NCBI GenBank assembly: GCA_942492835.1
Contig: OW818645.1
Coordinates: 1,346,627-1,370,626 of the forward strand
Direction of reading: 5' to 3'
Origin: an uncultured Clostridia bacterium
GTDB taxonomy: Bacteria > Bacillota > Clostridia > Lutisporales > Lutisporaceae
DNA length: 24,000 nt
Both the position numbers and the translations under genes were made by a program. Under the pieces are notes generated by a model. The model was given only the letters and a program-made list of their open reading frames with translations. It ran no database searches and was not told the DNA's origin. Below, piece after piece: positions 18,475 to 24,000 of this stretch (within the stretch, counting starts at the first letter, position 1; every line of letters starts with the position of its first letter).

Positions 18475-19494
18475 ATGATTAAATTTGAAAGAAATACAGA
18501 ACTAAATATAGCAATGAAGAACCTCATATGCTCAATGGTTGATGTGAATGACTACATCACAACTATTCTGAACTATACGGAAAAAACTCTTACTCCGCAG
18601 AAGGAAAAAGAGCTGATAAAAATATTAAAAAAATATAACATTCCTCATGAAGACTTGAAATACGACTCAAAAGCCCTGACCGAGAATCCGTATTTCGAGA
18701 ACATCAAACTTGACAGTGTGGACACAGAGACCGTGAGTTATGAGATATCCACCATCAAGAAAAGAACTTTAATTAGTATGAATTTCCATAAGCCCATTGG
18801 AAAATATCTGTTCCACTATCATCCCATCGGATACTTTGAAACAGACATAGATATGCCAGTCCTCAAAGAAGGCAATAAGGTATGGATGTCTCCAGCCATC
18901 AGCGAAATAGAGAGCATGAGAGACGGAATTGAAAAAGGACATGGGAAATGTCTTACAATGGGACTTGGAATCGGAGTCCTCCCATATCTTTGGCTGCTGA
19001 AAGACGAGGTGGAAAGTGTAACGATAGTTGAATTCAATCACGATGTCATCGATTTATTTGAAAAGTACATCAGACCACAGTTTAGAGCCGATAAGAACCT
19101 TGAAATCATTCATGGTGATGCCTTCGACTACTACAACGAGGAGTTCCTAAATCAGTTCGACTATGTGTATGTGGACTTCTGGGAATCTAGCGGAGATGGT
19201 TTGGAATTGTACACAAGGCTCATGAAGAAGAAGATAAACCTCCCTCATGTCGACTACTGGGTGGAGGACTCTATTCTCTGCGACGTGAAATACATCGTAG
19301 CCCCTTTTCTTTATGCAGTATATGAAGGCAAAAGTGTAACTGATTTCATATCCTCGATTGACGGAGATTCAAAGGAACTTGCAATGAAAGTAAATAGGTA
19401 CTTCAAGACAAGGAATGACATGATAAGAACAGAAGATGAATTGTTGCGTATCATACACGAGAAAGATGTTTTGAGAGAGATACTCTCACAATAG
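18475..19494 (+). CDS. Class I SAM-dependent methyltransferase / spermidine-synthase-fold protein with a ~120-aa N-terminal extension
   Basis: Rossmann-fold motifs in canonical order: CLTMGLGIGV (motif I GxGxG), VTIVEFNHDVI (acidic end of beta-2), IIHGDAFDY and FDYVYVDFWES. SD GAGGT 5 nt upstream of the ATG. GC is about 40-45% in sampled lines, against about 30-35% in the neighbouring gene. Confidence 0.7.
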   Translation: MIKFERNTELNIAMKNLICSMVDVNDYITTILNYTEKTLTPQKEKELIKILKKYNIPHEDLKYDSKALTENPYFENIKLDSVDTETVSYEISTIKKRTLISMNFHKPIGKYLFHYHPIGYFETDIDMPVLKEGNKVWMSPAISEIESMRDGIEKGHGKCLTMGLGIGVLPYLWLLKDEVESVTIVEFNHDVIDLFEKYIRPQFRADKNLEIIHGDAFDYYNEEFLNQFDYVYVDFWESSGDGLELYTRLMKKKINLPHVDYWVEDSILCDVKYIVAPFLYAVYEGKSVTDFISSIDGDSKELAMKVNRYFKTRNDMIRTEDELLRIIHEKDVLREILSQ

Positions 19495-19501
19495 AAAAAG
19501 T

Positions 19502-19549
19502 CCCCCTAACCGTAGTTTATTTATATGCTACGATTAGGGGGTTGTTTTT
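19502..19549. terminator. Bidirectional terminator between the convergent methyltransferase-like and GNAT genes
   Basis: 14-bp stem CCCCCTAACCGTAG (19502-19515) / CTACGATTAGGGGG (19528-19541) with one mismatch. GAAAAAG lies upstream and TTGTTTTT downstream. Confidence 0.8.
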
Positions 19550-19555
19550 GCCATG

Positions 19556-20107
19556 TCAAGTCTTCTCACTAATGCTATTATATATCCTATAGTAATAAAA
19601 TGGCTTCTCTTCAATTTCACCTGAATTAAGTATCATTTTTGTTTCAAGCTTTGTAAATCCACATTTTTCAACAATTCTCTGTGATGGATAATTGTCCAGC
19701 TCAACTATTGCTATTAGGTAATCAATATTTAAGCTACTAAAAGTCCACTCTATCATAGCTTTTGCCGCTTCGCTTATATATCCGTTATTACTATATTTTT
19801 CTGAAATGAAATATGCAATTTCTATTTCATTGTCTACCTCTTCTTTATTTCCTATCCCTACCATTCCAATTATATTGCCGCTGGTTTTAAGCGTAACTGC
19901 AAGCATTACTCTTGCAGTGTCCTTCGTTGTTAAAGAATATTGTTTTTCTACCCAGCTTATCCAAGCTTTTCTTCTTTCTAAAGGACATTCCCAGTCAGGC
20001 ATCCATTTTAAGATATATGCTTCATTGCATATTTTATGTAATTCTGATGCATCATCTACTGAAAATTGCCTTAATATTAGTCTTTCTGTTTCTATACAAA
20101 TATTCAT
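19556..20107 (-). CDS. GNAT family N-acetyltransferase (RimJ/RimL-like)
   Basis: 183 aa. N-terminal ETERLILRQFSVDDASEL is typical of the RimJ/RimL subgroup. Acetyl-CoA motif region SNNGYISEAAKAMIEW. SD GAGGTG upstream. Confidence 0.85.
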   Translation of the reverse strand: MNICIETERLILRQFSVDDASELHKICNEAYILKWMPDWECPLERRKAWISWVEKQYSLTTKDTARVMLAVTLKTSGNIIGMVGIGNKEEVDNEIEIAYFISEKYSNNGYISEAAKAMIEWTFSSLNIDYLIAIVELDNYPSQRIVEKCGFTKLETKMILNSGEIEEKPFYYYRIYNSISEKT

Positions 20108-20183
20108 TTTCTCACCTCATTATAGTCAGAATATATCAAATAAATCGTTATATTATATAATTACATAATAAGAATAATACTTA

Positions 20184-21083
20184 TTATGCATGAGATAATA
20201 CAGGAAACATTATTTTGTTCTTTTGGAATAAGTCAGCTTTATCTTTCATGACAAATAAAGTTGTATCATCCTCATGCAATAAATTTACATTATAGCTTTC
20301 TGTATTATTAGGTGTAAATCCTAAAAATACTGTTTTTACTTCTTTATTAGTGAGTGCCATTATAATGCTGTCTAAATCAACTTCTGATGGTGAAAATATA
20401 TCCTGCAAAAATAATGTATCACCATTTAGCTCAACAATTGCAATCGCATCCTGCTCTCTTATATAGTAAACATTTTCACTCATAAAAGAGGTACAATAAA
20501 ACATTACTAATCCTTTACTATCTAGCATTTCTAATTTTAACGTTTGGACTTTATTATTAATTCTATCTACTAATAATTCTCTGTTATTGTCTAAAGACAT
20601 ATCTAGTTTTTCTGCGGCTATAATTTCATTATTATTTATAATTGTTTTTGAGCATTGATATTCATTCACAGCCGTAAACCCAAATTTGGGATAAAAATTT
20701 AATACACTATCATTTGCAAATAAATATAACATATCGCATTTATCCTTCCATTCTTCTATGACCTTCTCCATAAGGTATTTAGCTAATCCTTGGTTTCGGT
20801 ATGCAGTATCTGTCATTACCGTTCCTATTTGTATGTATCTTTTATTTTCTCCTAAAACCAAAAAATCCATAATACTTGCAGAGACATTGGCAACCATATT
20901 TTCACCATCTAATAGTGAATATGGCATATACCCGCTTCCCCAGTATCCACTTTGATACCACTGTTCAAAATCAAATCCATATGTTTTTTGTGTTAATATA
21001 TTAAAGCTTTTTCTAAGCAACTCATTGTCTCTATAATCAGTTATAAAGGCATACTCTCTACCTTTAGTTAATAATTTTTCCAT
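20184..21083 (-). CDS. GNAT family N-acetyltransferase with an additional C-terminal domain
   Basis: Motif A YRNQGLAKYLMEKVIEEW and NFYPKFGF. Start set at ATG 21083 (MEKLLTKG...), 9 nt after AAGGAG. The track start is a GTG abutting the SD. Confidence 0.8.
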   Translation of the reverse strand: MEKLLTKGREYAFITDYRDNELLRKSFNILTQKTYGFDFEQWYQSGYWGSGYMPYSLLDGENMVANVSASIMDFLVLGENKRYIQIGTVMTDTAYRNQGLAKYLMEKVIEEWKDKCDMLYLFANDSVLNFYPKFGFTAVNEYQCSKTIINNNEIIAAEKLDMSLDNNRELLVDRINNKVQTLKLEMLDSKGLVMFYCTSFMSENVYYIREQDAIAIVELNGDTLFLQDIFSPSEVDLDSIIMALTNKEVKTVFLGFTPNNTESYNVNLLHEDDTTLFVMKDKADLFQKNKIMFPVLSHA

Positions 21084-21381
21084 TAATACCACTCCTTAAA
21101 TCATTATTACTTATTAACAATAGCATTAATTATTTCATAAAGGCAATCTCTTATTTAATTCATAAATCAAAAATGTACCATACACATAGCTTTGAATAAA
21201 TAGACTGTATCAGAAAATGTCGTTTTGATGCCATCTTATAGCTATTATTGTAATTTTTTAGTACATAAATGTAAATATCTCTATTGACATTTTATATATC
21301 TTTATGGTAATCTAATTTTGGTAATCTATCCATTATATGTTATTTTGTATAGATTAACTAATATATTAAGGGGGAAATAAA

Positions 21382-21651
21382 ATGGATAATTGTTGTGGAG
21401 GTTGGACAGTTCAAATACCTGTTAGCGATGAGAATAAAAAGGTACTTGAAACTGCTTTAGCAGGATTGGTAGGATGTACTTATGAACCTATAGCAGTTGC
21501 TACTCAAGTTGTAAATGGAGTTAACTATCTATTTATAGCTAAATACACTACAGTAACATTAACACCAATGACTGGACTAGCAAAAATATATGTTGCAGCA
21601 ACACCTGCTGGAAGTGAACCTAAACTAGTTAATATTGAAACTCTAATATAA
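21382..21651 (+). CDS. Stefin/cystatin-like small cytoplasmic protein, a putative cysteine-protease inhibitor fold
   Basis: 89 aa with no signal peptide. Strong SD AAGGGGG 8 nt upstream. Contains TQVVNGVNYLFIAK, compared with the stefin A/B motif TQVVAGTNY(Y/F)IKV recalled from memory. It also has an N-terminal GG and a C-terminal P-x-G-S-E-P loop in stefin-like order and spacing. Confidence 0.6.
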   Translation: MDNCCGGWTVQIPVSDENKKVLETALAGLVGCTYEPIAVATQVVNGVNYLFIAKYTTVTLTPMTGLAKIYVAATPAGSEPKLVNIETLI

Positions 21652-21672
21652 GTTAAATATTGTTTTAAAGGT

Positions 21673-21701
21673 AGGTTAAACTTAATGTTTAATCTATTTT
21701 T
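21673..21701 (+). terminator. Weak AT-rich hairpin terminator after the stefin-like gene
   Basis: AGGTTAAAC (21673-21681) / GTTTAATCT (21687-21695), 9 bp including one G-U pair, with a 5-nt loop. Followed by ATTTTTATT. Confidence 0.45.
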
Positions 21702-21881
21702 ATTGTATTTATTAGATACTTAATATATTTTTGTAAGTTTTTCTAACTATTCTTTGCGTATTAAGAATATATTATTTAGTTCACATTAAACTTAGATAAT
21801 TATATATTTTATGTCTTTTTATTGTTGGTTCTTTTTGGTTACTTCCATATAAGAAAGCTGCATATAATAAAAAGTGAACGT

Positions 21882-21919
21882 AAAAAAGGCAGACACACAG
21901 GTCTGTTACTACGGATTAT
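21882..21919 (-). repeat. Decayed terminator module, a paralogous copy of the purH terminator region (1027-1063)
   Basis: AAAAAAGGCAGACACACAGGTCTGTTACTACGGATTAT compared with AAAAATGGCAGACACATGGTCTGCCACTATTGATTAT. 31 of 38 aligned columns are identical with one 1-nt gap. Here the stem is weakened (GTCTGCC becomes GTCTGTT). Confidence 0.6.
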
Positions 21920-22008
21920 TCCCACTCTATAGTTGCTGGTGGTTTAGAGGTTATATCGTACACTATTCTGTTAATATTTTCTACTTCGTTTACTATGTTG
22001 GAAATACT
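21916..22008 (-). pseudogene. guaA: 3'-terminal remnant of GMP synthase (guaA), about 30 codons plus stop, with no upstream gene body
   Basis: Minus-strand translation: [30 protein letters not shown]. This matches the highly conserved GuaA C-terminus (...SNRI(I/V)NEV..I.R(V/I)VYDI(S/T).KPPATIEWE). Upstream sequence in that frame ([24 protein letters not shown]) is not GuaA-like. No ORF of 60 aa or more is present here. Confidence 0.8.
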
Positions 22009-22104
22009 AAAAAATAACTTTGAGCATCTTCGATATTTCAGAAAAAGTCTTTTCGATATTTTACTATGTCTATTGTAGTCCAGTTTCAACTAATTGTAAA
22101 TATC

Positions 22105-23724
22105 TTACTTCATAATAAATACTCCAATTATTATTGAAAAAAAGAAAAAAGTTATTAATGATATTCTTAACAATATTTTGATAATTCTATATTTAATATG
22201 ACTAGGCTCAAACTTTCTGTAATAAACATTAAATACATCAATATTATTTGATATAATAGTATAAAATAACATAATTATTACAAAATAAATTAAAGTAATG
22301 TACTGAGTAATTCTTATATGAAACAATAACATTGTTCTACTTAATATTATTGATATTGTAGCTATTGAGAACAGAAATATAAATTGAGTAAGAATTATTC
22401 TGTAGCTGAAATATAAGCTCTTAAATTTTTGCAAATCATTACTTAACTCATGTTTAGGAAAGAGTTTAGTTTTATGATAGCTTATTTCGCTAGCAATTAC
22501 CTCTTTAACGGTCTTACCTTCTAATAATCCAAAACAAATAATTAAAATAATATATGTTATAAAAATCAAACATATTGTAATAGTTGTTGAATAATAATTA
22601 TACTCATTAAACTTAAATACTATCATTAATAAAGCTATAACTGCAAATGACATTATAGTTTTAATGACTATATTTCTCTTAGAAACAACTTTTTCTCTAT
22701 TAGATTTTAAATTCTCTTTATATATTAGTTTTACATTATTCATTATATCAGTAACTGTTCCATAATTATGAGTCGGTATAAAATTATATATAGTTAATAA
22801 ATAGCACTCTATTGAATTTTCTACTATAATATCGTTAATATCACCCTTTTTTAAATACATTTCAGTACATTTCTTCGTACTTTCTTCTATAGTTTTTATA
22901 GTTAATCTTACAATATCTTTTGCTAAAGGTATTATGTTCACAGTCTGAAAAATGAACAAAAACAGTATAGATATCATCTTTAAAACCCAAGCAGTATTGT
23001 TTCCCTGTAACTTATTCAAATCAACAAATGATAAAGAAATTACTAAGATGTAGGATGAAATTACAAATATGCTTTTAGTTAAGATTTTTTTATTTTCTCT
23101 TTTTTCTAATTCAACTTTAAATAAGTAAGTAATTGTACATGCTAATGCACCGATAAACACATATCCATTGTAACCGATTTCTTGTATGGGAACGCAAGAA
23201 ATAGATATCATTAATATAGCAAAATAAAATAATATCACCCAAAATATTAAAATAAATATATGAATAACAAACTCAAGAAATTTTATGGCAATTTTATTTT
23301 TTGATACTCTAATAATAAGTAGAAGTGTCTTTATCGGAGTCACTATGTTGAAATTGCTATCACTTCTCTGTTTCATTATAGCTATAAAAAAAACAGATAT
23401 TGCTAATGATGTTAATAAGAAATAATTCCCTATCTGTGTTATAGGATGATAATTAGGATACAGCCTTAAAAAATTCTTTACATATATTTCAATTGATAAT
23501 ATAAATGCACCCGTAACAAATAAAGAAATAAAAAAAGATAGAATTCCTTCTAATATATATGTAATTATTCTATCTATTTTATTGGCTTTATCACTTCTAT
23601 TTTGAATAATAAATCCTTCCATGCTAGCGAACAAGCTTATAAAGATATCTTTGAAATCATTACATTCCTTTCTTTTTAACCCTGTCCGCTCTCTAGAATC
23701 AATTAGAATTTCATTTAAAGACAT
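22105..23724 (-). CDS. Hypothetical polytopic membrane protein, about 539 aa and extremely AT-rich
   Basis: 1.6-kb ORF with many hydrophobic segments throughout, such as ILSFFISLFVTGAFILSI, IHIFILIFWVILFYFAILMISI and IMSFAVIALLMIVF. Start set at ATG 23724 (MSLNEILID...), 7 nt after GGGAG. Sampled lines are about 15-17% GC. No recognisable catalytic motif. Confidence 0.65.
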   Translation of the reverse strand: MSLNEILIDSRERTGLKRKECNDFKDIFISLFASMEGFIIQNRSDKANKIDRIITYILEGILSFFISLFVTGAFILSIEIYVKNFLRLYPNYHPITQIGNYFLLTSLAISVFFIAIMKQRSDSNFNIVTPIKTLLLIIRVSKNKIAIKFLEFVIHIFILIFWVILFYFAILMISISCVPIQEIGYNGYVFIGALACTITYLFKVELEKRENKKILTKSIFVISSYILVISLSFVDLNKLQGNNTAWVLKMISILFLFIFQTVNIIPLAKDIVRLTIKTIEESTKKCTEMYLKKGDINDIIVENSIECYLLTIYNFIPTHNYGTVTDIMNNVKLIYKENLKSNREKVVSKRNIVIKTIMSFAVIALLMIVFKFNEYNYYSTTITICLIFITYIILIICFGLLEGKTVKEVIASEISYHKTKLFPKHELSNDLQKFKSLYFSYRIILTQFIFLFSIATISIILSRTMLLFHIRITQYITLIYFVIIMLFYTIISNNIDVFNVYYRKFEPSHIKYRIIKILLRISLITFFFFSIIIGVFIMK

Positions 23725-23759
23725 AATATCACTCCCAAACATGTGTTCTATTTTATATT

Positions 23760-23789
23760 ATTATACTGATTACTTATATTTTCTGTCAA
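23760..23789 (-). promoter_or_regulatory. Near-consensus sigma-A promoter for the polytopic membrane protein gene
   Basis: On the minus strand: TTGACA (23789-23784), 18 nt, then TATAAT (23765-23760), about 35 nt upstream of ATG 23724. Confidence 0.55.
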
Positions 23790-23923
23790 TACTAAGTTGA
23801 ATACGTATTCTAATTATGCTTTATACTTGTTTCGAAACTCAGCCTTTTTATAAGTCCCAGTGTACTCATATCATATAGTGGTAATAGAAATGCTAGTAAT
23901 TTGTGTTCTACCGCCCACTAGAT

Positions 23924-23952
23924 AAAAAAAGCAGTGATTAATCCTGCTTTTT
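23924..23952 (-). terminator. Terminator of an upstream minus-strand gene that runs off the window
   Basis: Minus-strand RNA has AGCAG / CUGCU (5 bp, 9-nt loop) followed by UUUUUUU. The hairpin overlaps the stop of the partial ORF. Confidence 0.45.
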
Positions 23953-24000
23953 GCTATGTTTATTCTCATATTCCTTCTTATATCTATAGAATGTTGGTTT
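23938..24000 (-). CDS. 3' end of an unidentified CDS truncated by the window edge
   Basis: Open frame from the window edge: ...KPTFYRYKKEYENKHSKKQD*. A terminator hairpin follows. It is too short to identify, but it does not end in the GuaA motif. Confidence 0.3.
   Translation of the reverse strand, partial: KPTFYRYKKEYENKHSKKQD

Noticed and set aside
12137-20955. Other shadow ORFs from the track: 12137-12337, 13880-14080, 14158-14394, 15457-15699, 18769-19041, 18819-19037, 19806-20168, 19912-20160 and 20758-20955.
   Set aside because: They lie antisense to purD, fni, the kinase, the methyltransferase-like gene and the GNAT genes. There is no SD and no recognisable motif, and the opposite-strand genes explain the open frames.
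21284-21320. A TTGACA at 21284-21289 as the -35 of the stefin-like gene promoter.
   Set aside because: No acceptable -10 hexamer lies 16-18 nt downstream. The best candidates, GTAATC and TAATCT, are poor or 19 nt away, so the promoter call is not supported well enough to list.
1-24000. CRISPR arrays, tRNA or rRNA genes, integrase or transposase genes, and restriction-modification or toxin-antitoxin pairs.
   Set aside because: No regularly spaced direct repeats are present. No cloverleaf-like GC-rich segments occur in intergenic regions. No ORF carries recombinase, DDE, HNH or nuclease motifs. The only mobile-element signal is the indirect guaA 3' scar.

Overview
Low-GC Firmicute (Clostridium-like) chromosomal segment in three parts. 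(1) 1-13.2 kb is core metabolism. It holds a minus-strand de novo purine operon, purL-purE-purC-purF-purM-purN-purH, with tightly packed genes and clear Shine-Dalgarno sites. A LysR-type regulator is transcribed divergently from purL, and a separate, sequence-divergent purD-like gene lies upstream. A 2x[4Fe-4S] protein gene downstream of purH has a perfect TGTGA-N6-TCACA palindrome in its promoter region. (2) 13.3-17.4 kb holds fni (type 2 IPP isomerase) and an agr-type quorum-sensing module in a non-canonical layout: an AgrC-like histidine kinase, a terminator, then agrB and a 43-codon agrD. The agrD is absent from the ORF track. It overlaps the agrB stop (ATGA) and has Ser where characterised clostridial AgrDs carry the ring Cys. 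No LytTR response regulator is in the window. A ~740-bp ORF-poor AT-rich region with 21-bp-phased direct repeats lies upstream of the kinase. (3) 17.4-24 kb is a compositionally patchy accessory region. It contains a membrane-anchored hypothetical protein, a GC-elevated spermidine-synthase-fold methyltransferase-like gene, two GNAT acetyltransferases and an 89-aa stefin/cystatin-like protein with an intact QVVxG motif. It also contains a 3'-terminal remnant of guaA (...[14 protein letters not shown]) with a decayed copy of the purH terminator, and an extremely AT-rich 539-aa polytopic membrane protein gene. The guaA remnant probably marks the boundary of an integrated element extending past the right edge of the window. 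No rRNA, tRNA, CRISPR array, transposase or integrase was seen. All homology statements come from motif recognition by eye and need database confirmation.
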